64,000 bases of DNA from NCBI GenBank assembly GCA_050012255.1, contig JBEKHN010000001.1:160001-224000 (forward strand). The letters run 5' to 3'. Origin of the DNA: Candidatus Bathyarchaeia archaeon. Its GTDB lineage: Archaea; Thermoproteota; Bathyarchaeia; Bathyarchaeales; Bathycorpusculaceae. Numbering within the stretch: the stretch's first letter is position 1; each line of letters starts with the position of its first letter. A program made the translations under genes and the position numbers. Shown here piece after piece: positions 1-11,200 of the stretch. The notes under the pieces were generated by a model that saw only the letters and a program-made list of their open reading frames with translations, did not search any database and was not told where the DNA came from.

Positions 1-264
1 AACAATTTCATCGACCCAGGTGAACCCTCGTCTACTGCATTCTCATCAAGCACCGTCTTCGGGTTTAACGCAACAACGAGCGGAAACTTCACTTACCGAT
101 GCGCTGTACATCCATCCATAATGTACGGTACACTAATAGTGAACCAGACGGTTCCTGAATTCTCACCACTTCTGATTCTGCCCCTATTCATCGTAGCCAC
201 CATCGTCGCAACCTTTGCCTACAGGACGAAACGCTCGGCAAAGAAAATGCCTAATATATCCTGA
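1..264 (+). CDS. C-terminal part of a cupredoxin (blue copper)-like surface protein with PEF-CTERM-type sorting signal (5' end outside window)
   Basis: Frame 1 (not in ORF track) reads ...GNFTYRCAVHPSIMYGTLIVNQTVPEFSPLLILPLFIVATIVATFAYRTKRSAKK..*: Cys-x2-His-x3-Met copper loop, then VPEF + hydrophobic helix + basic tail. Confidence 0.75.
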   Translation, partial: NNFIDPGEPSSTAFSSSTVFGFNATTSGNFTYRCAVHPSIMYGTLIVNQTVPEFSPLLILPLFIVATIVATFAYRTKRSAKKMPNIS

Positions 265-375
265 CAACTGGATAAGACGGACAACACTGACTTCGATTTT
301 AGACACAGTGTGGGGTAGCTGAAAGAGAGGGGAAAATTTTTTAATCAGAAACCATACCCTTCCCAAACGGTCAAT

Positions 376-1077
376 ATGAAATTCGAAACAAAAGTCACCG
401 ACATAATACAGAGGGCCTACAACGTGAAAAGTGTGAGGTTCTCTAGGCCCGCCTCGTTCAATTACAAACCTGGGCAATTCATGTTCATCACGATCAAGAG
501 CGAACAGAACGAACTCCTGAAGAAGCATTTTACGATTTCAAGCAGTCCAACCGAACGAGAGCACATAGAATTTACGAAGAAACTCACGGATCACCCCTTC
601 TCCAGAACGCTAAACGCGTTAAGAGTTGGTGACTGGGCGGCTATAGATGGTCCTTACGGGGATTTTACGTTTGAAGGTGAATTTGAAAAGATTGGCCTCC
701 TCTCAGGCGGGATTGGAATAACCCCTCTGCGAAGCATATGCAAGTATTGTTTGGACACAAGGTCAAGGACAAAGATAGCGCTTCTGTACGGCAACCGCGC
801 AGAAGAAGATATCGTGTTCAGAAAAGAGTTAGAGGACATGCAGAAGCTGAACAGCAACTTTAGAGTCGCGTTTGTAATCGCTGAGGCAAGCGATGGATGG
901 ACTGGTTACGTGGGAAGAATCGACGCTGACATGATAAAAAAGGAAATACCAGACTATATGGAAACGATGTTCTACACGTGCGGGCCCCCAGCGATGGTCG
1001 AAGCTATGGAAAAGTTGCTCAAAGAGCTTGACGTTCCCGAGAAGCAGATCAAGACTGAAGAGTTTCCAGGCTCTTAG
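376..1077 (+). CDS. FAD/NAD(P)-binding oxidoreductase, ferredoxin-NADP reductase-like family
   Basis: KPGQF, FTISSSP, GPYGDF, GGIGITP, YTCGPPAM motifs. Confidence 0.9.
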   Translation: MKFETKVTDIIQRAYNVKSVRFSRPASFNYKPGQFMFITIKSEQNELLKKHFTISSSPTEREHIEFTKKLTDHPFSRTLNALRVGDWAAIDGPYGDFTFEGEFEKIGLLSGGIGITPLRSICKYCLDTRSRTKIALLYGNRAEEDIVFRKELEDMQKLNSNFRVAFVIAEASDGWTGYVGRIDADMIKKEIPDYMETMFYTCGPPAMVEAMEKLLKELDVPEKQIKTEEFPGS

Positions 1078-1144
1078 GATTTGACATTCAAAACGCAAAA
1101 GACCGTAGAACCTGAGTGCCCGGATGGGCCAGTATTGGGAAATG

Positions 1145-2647
1145 TCATTCTGTATCAATCTGTGCCCTTTGCAATTTTCCAGAATAGTCGATGTAGACCG
1201 TCTTGGTCTCAGAGAACTCGTCTATCCCTTCAATGCCGCCTTCCCTTGTTCCTATGCCTGTGTGCTTCACTCCTCCGAAGGGAAGGTGAACTTCGGACCC
1301 AATCGTGCTCGAGTTGATGTAGGTCAACCCTGCCCTGATTTTCGTGATAGCCTCGCATGCCCTGCTTATGTCACGGGTGTAGATCGCGGAGCTCAACCCA
1401 TACTCCACTGAGTTCATCACGTCTATTGCTTCGTCAAAATCCTTCACCGAGATGAGCGAGACAACTGGACCGAATATTTCCTCCTGTGCGATTCTCATCT
1501 CGGCCGTGCAATCCGTAAACAACGTTGGCTCGAAGAAGAAACCATCCGTCTTGGGAATTCTACCTCCAATCACCAGTTTGGCACCCTCATCTTTTCCGAT
1601 TTCAGCGTACTTCGCACTCTTTTCCTGCGCAACCCTGTTTACCAAGGGACCAACGTCTGTTTCAGCTTTCAGTCCATCGCCCAGCCGCAGTTTTCTTATT
1701 CTGCTTACCAGCATCTTCTCAAACTTGCTTCTGACCTTCTCATGAACTACTACCCTAGAAGCTGCGGTGCACCTCTGTCCCGTTGTCCCGTACCCGCCCC
1801 ATATCACTCCCTCCAAGGCAAGGTTCAAGTCAGCGTCGTCCATCACAATGATGCCGTTCTTTCCGCCCATTTCCAGACCAACCTTCTTGACACCTGCTTC
1901 TCTCAGAATCAGAGCGCCAGTGTCTTTGTGCCCCGTGAATGAAATCGCTCCGACTTTCTCATGCCTCACAAGGCTCATGCCCACATCATCACCTGAGCCA
2001 GTAACCATGTTCAAGACACCTCTAGGCAGCCCAGCCTTCTCCAAGATTTCTACGAGTCTCGTTGCACAGAGCGGCGTGTCAGACGAAGGCTTAAAAACCA
2101 CAGTGTTTCCGCAGACCAGTGCAGTCATGATCTTCCACGCCGGGATAGCCATCGGAAAGTTCCAGGGTGTTATCAACCCACAAACGCCAACGGGCATCCT
2201 CACGGTTAAGCAGAGCTTCTTCCTCAATTCTGAAGGCGTGGTAAAACCGAGCAGGCGCCTGCCCTCACCAGCCATATTCTCTGTGGTGTCTATCGCTTCC
2301 TGAACGTCCCCTCTGGATTCTAGGATGACCTTTCCCATCTCCATAGTCATTTCTCTTGCAAACTGTTCCTTGTTCTCTCGCAGCAACTGGGCAGCCTTAA
2401 GAAGAATTGACCCTCTTCTCGGCGCCGGTGTTTCACTCCAGCTTTCAAAGGCTTTTTCAGCAGCCTCCACAGCCTTGTCAACGTCTTCCTTGCAGCCTTT
2501 CTGGAAGATTCCAAGAACCTGCTTTGGCCTAGCAGGGTTGTCGCTTGCAAATGTCTCATGAGAAACAGAATCAACCCACGCACCGTTTATGTAAAGCCTA
2601 TAATTCTCATCGTCTTTCATGTTCTCATTACTGTAATCGCCGTTCAA
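1145..2647 (-). CDS. Aldehyde dehydrogenase family protein
   Basis: ITPWNFP, FTG, LEMGGKN, GQRCTA, EEIFGPV motifs; alternative start at 2620. Confidence 0.95.
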   Translation of the reverse strand: MNGDYSNENMKDDENYRLYINGAWVDSVSHETFASDNPARPKQVLGIFQKGCKEDVDKAVEAAEKAFESWSETPAPRRGSILLKAAQLLRENKEQFAREMTMEMGKVILESRGDVQEAIDTTENMAGEGRRLLGFTTPSELRKKLCLTVRMPVGVCGLITPWNFPMAIPAWKIMTALVCGNTVVFKPSSDTPLCATRLVEILEKAGLPRGVLNMVTGSGDDVGMSLVRHEKVGAISFTGHKDTGALILREAGVKKVGLEMGGKNGIIVMDDADLNLALEGVIWGGYGTTGQRCTAASRVVVHEKVRSKFEKMLVSRIRKLRLGDGLKAETDVGPLVNRVAQEKSAKYAEIGKDEGAKLVIGGRIPKTDGFFFEPTLFTDCTAEMRIAQEEIFGPVVSLISVKDFDEAIDVMNSVEYGLSSAIYTRDISRACEAITKIRAGLTYINSSTIGSEVHLPFGGVKHTGIGTREGGIEGIDEFSETKTVYIDYSGKLQRAQIDTE

Positions 2648-2752
2648 CTTTTTATGACTTACCTCAGCAAGCGCGAGGATGGAAAGGACAAGAAGTCAAG
2701 CAAACCTAAATTGCAGTTTGTGTTCTGATACCTAAAAAGGGGCGGCCAGTGT

Positions 2753-3178
2753 TTGGAAGACTGTGTATTTTGCAGGATAGCAAGAAAAGAAGAGCATGCA
2801 AGTTTTGTTTACGAAGATAAAGATGTCGTAGCGTTCTTGGATTCGACACCGGTTAATGAAGGTCACACGCTTGTAATACCAAGAAAGCATTATGAAAATA
2901 TTTTTGAGGTTCCAGATGAAGAGGTTGCAAATCTCTTCAAGATCGTGAAGAAACTAGCCTGTGGCATTTCGAAGAGCGAGAAAGCTGAGGGAATAAGTAT
3001 AGTCCAGAACAACGGAGAAGCTGCTCATCAAATCGTATTTCACTTTCATGTTCACATAATTCCTAGGCATTGGGGACAGGATTCACACAGACCCCGTGGA
3101 ACTGTTGAACAGAACGAACTGGACAGGGTTGCAGCCAAGATAAGAAAATTCTTAGACGAGAGCAAGATGAATCATTGA
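2753..3178 (+). CDS. HIT family hydrolase
   Basis: CVFC N-terminus, GHTLVIP, HFHVHIIP histidine triad. Confidence 0.95.
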   Translation: MEDCVFCRIARKEEHASFVYEDKDVVAFLDSTPVNEGHTLVIPRKHYENIFEVPDEEVANLFKIVKKLACGISKSEKAEGISIVQNNGEAAHQIVFHFHVHIIPRHWGQDSHRPRGTVEQNELDRVAAKIRKFLDESKMNH

Positions 3179-3247
3179 TAGGCATCTAGACCACCCTTCG
3201 TCAAAAAAAGGGATTTTAAACCTGGCAACACAAATATATAATGATGG

Positions 3248-3658
3248 CTAACGTGTGGATAGCAATGATTTGGCTAGTTCTCTGACTTTGTCTTCAACCT
3301 GTTTGTAGATCTTCTCCGCATCTTTGTGATCTAAATAGTATGGGTCTTCAACACTCCACACAACTGTTCTCTGTTCACATTCTGCACACATGGCTACAAC
3401 GGCGTCCTTGTGACGTTGCTCCATGGCTACGATCAGGTCGTAATCTTTGAGTCGCTTGCTCGTCAGGTTTTCGGGAACTCTTTTAAGATATTTTCCTGCA
3501 TTTTCTTTTGCCAAGTATTCTTTTATCTTTTCTGAGATCGGAATAGAAGTGCTTATTCCGGCTGACTCCACTTCTAAGTCGGGTCTCAGCTTCTTCAGGA
3601 GTGCTTCTGCTAACGGACTGCGGTGAGCGTTGCCAGAGCACACAAACAATACCCTCAT
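3248..3658 (-). CDS. Low-molecular-weight phosphatase / arsenate reductase family
   Basis: VLFVCSGNAHRS P-loop, SAG, VEDPY; start moved to ATG at 3658. Confidence 0.88.
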   Translation of the reverse strand: MRVLFVCSGNAHRSPLAEALLKKLRPDLEVESAGISTSIPISEKIKEYLAKENAGKYLKRVPENLTSKRLKDYDLIVAMEQRHKDAVVAMCAECEQRTVVWSVEDPYYLDHKDAEKIYKQVEDKVRELAKSLLSTR

Positions 3659-3772
3659 GACTTTCACAAGCTTTAGATGGCATACCCGCACCTTATATAG
3701 AGCGTTTTTCAAGTTCGCGCTCATCTATGGCTCGTAGAAACATTTGTATTCGAGAGGTTCGACAGAAGAGCT

Positions 3773-5167
3773 GTGATGTTTATGAAGACCAGAAAAGAAC
3801 GAGACATGCTCGGGGAGATGCCGGTTCCAAAGGCCGCGTACTGGGGAATAAACACTCAGAGAGCGATTCAAAACTTCCAGATAAGCGGCAGAAGGTTCCC
3901 GAAGTCTTTCATCACGTCTTTGGCCAAGGTGAAGAAGGCGTGTGTGAAGGCAAACATTCAACTTGGCGAAATAGACGAACGTAGAGCGAACCCGATAATT
4001 CAAGCGATTGATGAACTCGTAGAGGAAGACAAGTGGTTGGATCAGTTTCCGCTTGACGTTTTTCAAACAGGTTCCGGGACTCAGATAAACATGAACATGA
4101 ACGAAGTCCTGGCGAACAGAGCCAATGAGATCCTGGGGCATCCGTTGGGAAGCAAGTTTCCCGTCCATCCGAACGATCACGTGAACAGGAGTCAGTCGTC
4201 GAATGACGTGATACCAACGGCCATGCATCTGTGTGCCCTAGAGCTTGTGAACTCTAAGCTGCTTCCAGCCCTGGAGACTTTAAAGAAGAGCCTTCGACGA
4301 AAAATAGGGGAATTCAGGGGCGTCGTGAAAGTAGGTAGGACGCACCTTCAAGACGCGGTGCCTATCTACCTGTCCACAGAGTTTGAGGTTTATGAAAGAC
4401 AGGTTGAACTGAGCCAGCTACGCCTGAAAAACGCTTGTGACGAGCTTTGTCTCGTTCCCATCGGGGGAACGGCAGTCGGCACAGGAGTGAACGCTGACAA
4501 GAGCTTCGGCAAGCTGACTGTCTCCCACCTGAAAGAAATCACGGGTCTTCCTTTCAGACTCAACCCAGTCAAGGCTGAAGGAATCGCATCTCACAACTCA
4601 ATCGTAAAAGCAAGCGGCGAACTGCGCCTCCTAGCCCTTTCAACCTTAAAGATGGCCAACGACATCCGCTGGATGGGAAGCGGCCCACGTGCGGGCCTAG
4701 GAGAGCTCACACTTCCCGCAAACGAACCCGGCTCGTCGATGATGCCCGGCAAGGTCAACCCCACGCAGGCCGAAGCATTGATACAGGTTTGCCTGCAAGT
4801 CGTAGGAAACGACACAACCATCTCGTTTGCCGAAGCCTTCGGCAGCACACTCGACCTGAACGTGACCAAACCGTTATTGATCACCAACCTCACCGAGGCG
4901 ATTGAACTTCTCACGAACGGGATTAACTCCTTCGTGAAAAACTGCCTGAACGGACTGAAAGCAAACAAGGAACACATCAAATCCCAGCTTGAAAGGAACC
5001 TGATGATCGCCACAAACCTGGTTCCGATAATAGGCTACGACAAAGCTTCAGAAATAGCCCAGACTGCAGCCAAAACCGGCAAAACCATAAAACAAGTGAT
5101 AGTCGACGCAGACTTAAAGATCAAGGGAGACCTGGACAAGATTCTTGACCCAAGGAAAATGGTCTAG
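3773..5167 (+). CDS. fumC: Class II fumarate hydratase (fumarase/aspartase family)
   Basis: QTGSGTQINMN, HPNDHVN, GRTHLQDA, GSSMMPGKVNP signature. Confidence 0.85.
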   Translation: MMFMKTRKERDMLGEMPVPKAAYWGINTQRAIQNFQISGRRFPKSFITSLAKVKKACVKANIQLGEIDERRANPIIQAIDELVEEDKWLDQFPLDVFQTGSGTQINMNMNEVLANRANEILGHPLGSKFPVHPNDHVNRSQSSNDVIPTAMHLCALELVNSKLLPALETLKKSLRRKIGEFRGVVKVGRTHLQDAVPIYLSTEFEVYERQVELSQLRLKNACDELCLVPIGGTAVGTGVNADKSFGKLTVSHLKEITGLPFRLNPVKAEGIASHNSIVKASGELRLLALSTLKMANDIRWMGSGPRAGLGELTLPANEPGSSMMPGKVNPTQAEALIQVCLQVVGNDTTISFAEAFGSTLDLNVTKPLLITNLTEAIELLTNGINSFVKNCLNGLKANKEHIKSQLERNLMIATNLVPIIGYDKASEIAQTAAKTGKTIKQVIVDADLKIKGDLDKILDPRKMV

Positions 5168-5370
5168 CAAAGCGTGCCATCCTGCTCTCCATGCTGCAAA
5201 CGCGCTCTAGACGCATTGTTGAAAACGAGGACACAACCACGAACAAGGCTCTGAAAGTCTCCACCGAGGAGTCGCCAACAGTACTTGCTAAGAAAAAAAC
5301 CTAGGGAGGTAGGTGTGTTAGACGGGTGAAAACGCGAAACAGGGAATATAATGTCAGCCGAATCACACGT

Positions 5371-7407
5371 TTAAGTCTTCTTCAGGTAGCCCTCCCTGGG
5401 CTCGTAAATCGTGCCCTCCCGCAGCAACTGTCCGAGAAGACGCTCCGCGTCGCCCCTCGAAACCTTGTACTTCTCCTCAAGCTCAGCTTCCAACGCGGCT
5501 CTCTCAACCATCCCCGTTTGCTTCTCCATGTCCATCAGCGTGGTCAGGATCACTTGCAGCCTGTCCCTCATGCTCTTGGACTTTCCTGTCATTATGATGT
5601 CAATGTCTATCTTGTAGGAAGACAAGTCTATCCCAACCTCCTCCAGCGACCTCTTCATAATCGCAACCGCAGCCTCAGCGTCCTCAGCCAGCACCTCCTT
5701 TCTTAGAGCTGCGCGGGCTCTTGCCTCCGCCGTGCGAACAAGCGACTCCAACTGACGCGCGGTGATCGCAACGGGCGAGCCCTCAGTCTCGCTTGCCGAA
5801 CGCATAGCCAGATAGAAATCGTTCAGACGCTTCAGAGCCTCCTCAGTCAACACAGGCTTGACGCTCTTAGCATAACTGATGTACTTCCGCAGCAGCTCCG
5901 CAGAGATCGGCGGCTCAACCGGGCTTGAACCCTTCCTATGAAGCTCAAGGATGTGCAGCGACATCTTGCTGTCCGACTCCTTGTTCGGAACGTCCCTCAG
6001 AACAAAGATCAGGTCAAACCTGGAAAGTATCGTAACCGGCAGAGAGATGTTCTCGGCAACCGTGCGATGCGGCTCGTACCTCCCCAACGCAGGGTTCGCC
6101 GCCGCAAGTATAGCCGCCCTCGCGTTAAGCGTAGCAACGATGCCGCCCTTCGCCACTGAAACGGTGTGCTGCTCCATAGCCTCATGAATGGCCACCCTGT
6201 CATCTGGACGCATCTTATCCATCTCATCGATGCAAGCGATTCCCTTGTCAGCCAGCACCAAAGCCCCAGCCTCAAGACTCATGCCGCCGCCCTTCTCCCT
6301 GATCACCGCAGCAGTCAAGCCCGCAGCGGTCGTGCCACGGCCAGAAGTGTACAACCCGCGCGGCGCGATCCGCGCAACGTACTGCAACAGCTGAGACTTG
6401 GCAGTCCCAGGGTCCCCAACCAACAAGGCGTTCATCTCACCCCGTATCGTGATGTCCGGCAGAGTCTTGGGCACCCCGCCGAAGAGAAGGTACATAATCG
6501 CCTCCTTGATGTGGTCGTAGCCATAGATCGACGGAGCAATCGAACTCACTATCTTTCGATGCACCCAAGGATCCTTCGCAAGCGCAACGATCTTCTCCTC
6601 CTCCTCAGGCGACGGCATAGCAGTCTCAGGCTCCTTGCCCAACACCTCGATCGAGTTAGCTTCCAAGTGAAGAATGAACGTGCGAAGCTTTCCAACCCCG
6701 GGAAGCGTTGACGCCTGAGCACGAACCTGACCCACGGCGGAGACATCGTCACCCGGCCTCGCGACATCAACGATCTCCTCTCCAACAAGCTTGATGCCTA
6801 ACGTTCTGGGCAACTGCCCCGGCGGAAGGTCTTCTGGCCTCTCCTGAATCCGCAGGTCCTGCGAGTCTATGAAGGTAGATTCCTCCTGAACGAACTCGAA
6901 AGGACCCTTAGACCTGCAGTCCGGACTGCTACAAGCAAAAGGCCCCCGGAGGAAGCTGCCTGCTTGGTTCACCGGGTTCATCGTCCTACACCTCTTACAC
7001 CTGAAAACGGCCTGCATAACCATCGGCCGTACCGGTGACGAGCGAACAACGATGCCCTCAACCATGACAAGCTTGCCTATCTGCTCCGAACCTAGTTTGC
7101 GCAGCGGCGCCGCTTCTAAAAGCTTAACAATTCTAACATCTAAGCCCGCTATCTTCTCTGCATACTCAGGGTCCTCGATCTGCAGTTGCGCATAGGCCGC
7201 GTTGTTAGCGTGCTTCAAGTACTCATCAGGCCTTTCCAGAAGCTCTTCAGTCAGCTTCTGGTCAAAAGCCAAGAGGTCTTCAAAATCCACAGTCAAAGAT
7301 GTCTTTCCAGACATCGCCATCTGGGAGATCCTCTGCCTGTACTGCTCAGTCTTCAAGAAATTCTGGAAACGCTCCTGCGGGTCTCCAAGTTCCAGTTCTT
7401 CTACCAC
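5371..7407 (-). CDS. mcm: Replicative helicase MCM
   Basis: Zn finger CKRC..CSSPDC, GDPGTAKSQ Walker A, IDEMDKM, SRFD arginine finger; no intein. Confidence 0.97.
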   Translation of the reverse strand: MVEELELGDPQERFQNFLKTEQYRQRISQMAMSGKTSLTVDFEDLLAFDQKLTEELLERPDEYLKHANNAAYAQLQIEDPEYAEKIAGLDVRIVKLLEAAPLRKLGSEQIGKLVMVEGIVVRSSPVRPMVMQAVFRCKRCRTMNPVNQAGSFLRGPFACSSPDCRSKGPFEFVQEESTFIDSQDLRIQERPEDLPPGQLPRTLGIKLVGEEIVDVARPGDDVSAVGQVRAQASTLPGVGKLRTFILHLEANSIEVLGKEPETAMPSPEEEEKIVALAKDPWVHRKIVSSIAPSIYGYDHIKEAIMYLLFGGVPKTLPDITIRGEMNALLVGDPGTAKSQLLQYVARIAPRGLYTSGRGTTAAGLTAAVIREKGGGMSLEAGALVLADKGIACIDEMDKMRPDDRVAIHEAMEQHTVSVAKGGIVATLNARAAILAAANPALGRYEPHRTVAENISLPVTILSRFDLIFVLRDVPNKESDSKMSLHILELHRKGSSPVEPPISAELLRKYISYAKSVKPVLTEEALKRLNDFYLAMRSASETEGSPVAITARQLESLVRTAEARARAALRKEVLAEDAEAAVAIMKRSLEEVGIDLSSYKIDIDIIMTGKSKSMRDRLQVILTTLMDMEKQTGMVERAALEAELEEKYKVSRGDAERLLGQLLREGTIYEPREGYLKKT

Positions 7408-7974
7408 CTACTCCCCTCCCCTGCGCTCCAATATCTTCGTCTTCCAATGATTGATAACGCTGAAAAGCCGTTCGTACAGAAGCCTCTCCTCTCCAGTGAA
7501 GTCTCGAAGCCTGCTCTCAGTCTGCGCGGGTGCCGACGCGATCGACACGACCTTCTTCAACCTTGAATTAACGATGTCCGTCGCCAACTGATCAGCTCTT
7601 TCATACTCCCTCATCTTCTCCGGGTTGTTGGCCACGCCCTCTCGCAACTCTGCAAGACACCGCCGAAGCCTCGGATAAAAACCCTCAGGAAGCTTAGACA
7701 CCTGCCCAGCCGTTTGGACACGCTCTGTCCACTGAATCTTGCCCAGCTTACCAATGTCAAGCTGGTCTTCCCCGTGAAAGTGAACAATCCCAGACTTTGC
7801 AAGCTCTGAAGCCACCCAAAAACAGACCTCGTACTCGTTTCCTTCCTCGAAGGGTCCAACGCTCAACCCCGCAAGCTTGATCTCTGCACAATTTCTGTTG
7901 GCTACGATCCTCACGGGCGAATTCTCGAATATGAAGTCCAGACTGTCCATTCTCATCGAAGCTGTCTTCGCCAT
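7408..7974 (-). CDS. GINS complex subunit (Gins23-like)
   Basis: B-domain-first layout (GPFEEGNEYEV.FWVA.EL), KLPEGFY, RLKK, EERLLY; directly upstream of mcm as in TACK archaea. Confidence 0.8.
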   Translation of the reverse strand: MAKTASMRMDSLDFIFENSPVRIVANRNCAEIKLAGLSVGPFEEGNEYEVCFWVASELAKSGIVHFHGEDQLDIGKLGKIQWTERVQTAGQVSKLPEGFYPRLRRCLAELREGVANNPEKMREYERADQLATDIVNSRLKKVVSIASAPAQTESRLRDFTGEERLLYERLFSVINHWKTKILERRGGE

Positions 7975-8271
7975 CTCCTGCCCCTTCTCGCGCTTGACTC
8001 TAAAGCAAGTCACTTAGAGCAGATATAAGAAGAGCAGTTTAAAAGTTTAGTTAGGTTTACCGACAAGTAACGTTCTATACGTATAAAACGGTTTAATTTT
8101 AGGGCAGATTTCCCCAGCACTATATTAACTAAGTATAGTAATAGCGAAAAAATAAAAGGTTTCTTCCTTGCTGGCGGCAAACAGCTAGCGCGTGCGAGTT
8201 TTCCCGCGCTAATGACTCATTTTTCGGTCTATTGCGTCTCTTATCCGCTGTCGCCCAAAGAATAAGGGAGG

Positions 8272-11200
8272 CTATGGGTAGTGTTGGTTGAAGTGGCCTG
8301 CAAGTATTATGGCGTCGTAAATGTCAACGGTGAGATCGCCGTTTATGTCAGCATTAGCGTTCCATTTTGGACTGCCAAGATTCGAGTTGAAGGCTCCAGC
8401 AAGTATGATGGCATCATATATGTCGACGACGAAGTCGCCTTGGAGGTCTCCTGGGATCGTGACAATGACCTTTAAGGAAAAACTGTTGTCAGCAGTGTCT
8501 GTTTCGTCCCAAACAGGACCTGCCACAACTGTCAAGTTGTAGTTGCCAAAAGCGCAGTTCTTGGTGTTCCATGTTGTAGCCAAGGTTACAGAGTCTCTCG
8601 TTGACGCGCTCACTAGTTGCTGGGTCACGACTGTTTGGTTGGCGGAGACAGTGAATACGAATGTTTCGTTGCACAAGCCAAGATTTTGGATCTTCACGTT
8701 TGCCGTGAAATTGAAGGATTTCCCAACAACGGTCTTTAACGTGATGAAGCTTGTTATTCCAATACTGTGCAAGCCGAAAGGCTTCAGAAGAGGATAGTTG
8801 TCGACGTTGTTGGTGGCTACGGTATAGGGTATGTCAACGATGCCGTCGCTGCCTGGGATGTTCTGCTGTGGTCCGCTGAAATTGTCCATGCTGATGCCGC
8901 AAGCCCAGTAGTTGCCTCCTGAAGGATAGCCGTCATCCCAAACGTTTCCTGTTGACGTTGAGATAGATAGCGTTATGTTGTTGCTGATGAAGTCGTTGTG
9001 GTAGAATTTGTTGCCATTCGAGTTCTTTATGTCTATTGCAAGCTCGTTTTCAATTATTATGTTTGCATAGACAACGTTCCCGCCGGATTCTACGTCAAGA
9101 CCGACGCTGCCTAGGCTGATGATGTTGCCGGTGATTGTGTTGTTGGATGTTGAAGAGGTCAAGCTGACGGCGATGTTGTCGTTTTCGAATATGTTAGAGT
9201 AGATAAGGTTGTTGGAGGCGTTTGACCCTTGGAGGGTGATTCCGTTTTGTGTTATGAGAGACATTATGTTGTCGTAGATCTTGCAGCCGCTGGCTCCGTT
9301 GACGAGGATGCCTTGATTCCAGCTGGTTATCGTTATTCCAGCAATAGTCGACCCGGATCCACTGGGCACGATCGTTATGGCGATTCCGCTTCCGCCGCCG
9401 TCGAAGGTTGGTTCACTTCCTGGCTTGCCGATAAGCGTTACAGTCTTATTGATGATAATGGACTCATGATAAATTCCCGGAGCGATCCACACCGTGTCTC
9501 CCGCGGTGGCTGCGTTGATTGCTTCCTGTACGGTTTGAAAATCTTCAGGAACCCGAACAGTGTGGCCAAACGCGTACACTTTCTTATCTTCTGAACCCAC
9601 GTAAACTACGCCGTCAGCGACGGCTGGAGAAGAATCCACACTGAAGCCCGTGTGATAGTTCCATATGCAAGCTCCTGTTGAAGCGTTCAAACAATAAACG
9701 TGCGAATCATCCGATCCAACGTAGACTTTTCCATCAGCAACGGCAGGAGCAGAGTACATGATGGATCCTGCTGTGGTGTAGTTCCATACGCAGATACCGG
9801 TCGAAGCGTCCAAACAATAAAGGTTGTTGTCATATGATCCAATGTAGACTTTGCCATCGGCAACGGCAGGAGAAGAACCTACAGTGTCGCCCGTTGTGTA
9901 GTTCCAAACGCTAGCGCCAGTCAAAGCATCCAGACAATAGATATTCTTGTCAAATGATCCGAAATACACTTTGCCATCAACAACAGCGGGAGAGATTCCT
10001 CTCAAGACACCACCTGTGGTGTAGTTCCAAACGCGAATCCCGGTTAGGGCATCCAGACAATAGACGTTGAAGTCTTCCGATCCAACATAGACTTTACCAT
10101 TAACGACTGAAGGAGAAGTATCCACTGTATTACCTGTGGTGTAGTTCCAAACACGAACTCCGGTTAGAGCGTTCAAGCAATAGACGTTGAAGTCCTGCGA
10201 CCCGAAGTACACTTTACCATCAGCAATGGCAGGAGAAGAGCTTACGCCGCCACCTGTGGTATAGTTCCAGATGCGGACTCCCGTCAAAGCATCCAAACAA
10301 TAGACGTTCCTGTCACCGCCCAGCGACCCAACATAGACTTTACCATCGGCAACAGCAGGAGAAGAAAGTACCATGCTGCCTGTGGTGTAGTTCCAAACCA
10401 GAACTCCGGTCAGAGCGTCCAAGCAATAAACGTTATGATCCATTGATCCAATGTAGACTTTGCCGTCAACGACAGCAGGAGAAGAAATGCGTATGTTCAT
10501 TCCGGTAGTGAAGGTCCAGAGTGTCTGGTTTGTGTTGGGTGCTGGGCTTCTGCTCTGTCCAGTGCGTTCCAGGTTGTTATGGAACATGGGCCACGAATAG
10601 CGTGTGGAGTGTGCGCTCCATGGTTGCATGAGTGGATAGTTGTCTCGATTGTTCCCGTCTATTGAGTAGGGTGTGTCTCCTATTCCGTCGCTGGCCGTCT
10701 CATTCTGGTGTGGCCCTCTGTACAAATCCGTTCCGTTGTAGTCGCTCCAATAGTTACCGCCCGAAGGATAGCCGTTATCCCAAGTATTGTTCGAGTTGAA
10801 AGAATAGGCCTGATGAGTGTTGTTCATGAAATTGTTGTGGTACAACGTGGTGTTTGAAGAAGAGCTGAGATAAATACCATAGCTGTTTGCTGTTGCGTTG
10901 TTGCCGCTGACAGTGTTGTTTGAACAATAGTAGAGCCCGATGCCATCAAGGGTGTTTGCTGCTACATTGTTCCCGCTTACAGTGCTCCCTCTAACATGGT
11001 CGTATCCTGGGCCAGAAGAGTAGAGATAAATGCCATAGTTGTTTGCTGTTACGCTGTTACCGCTCACAGTATTGTTGTATGATTCGTTGTCTGGACCTCC
11101 ACTTAGAACGATGCCGTCCTGGGTGTTCGCTGATGCGTTGTTACCAATGATCATAGTTCTGTTCGAATAGTGGAGAACGATGCCATACGAGTTCGCTGTT

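Noticed and set aside
3617-3640. CSGNAHRS lacks the second Cys of the LMW-PTP loop
   Set aside because: The nucleophile Cys and the Arg are retained; this position varies in the family
5371-7407. Inteins in MCM or RFC
   Set aside because: Normal lengths and uninterrupted Walker motifs
9580-10520. Periodic DNA repeats as CRISPR or DGR
   Set aside because: In-frame, degenerate ~120-bp protein repeats with no spacers, cas genes or reverse transcriptase
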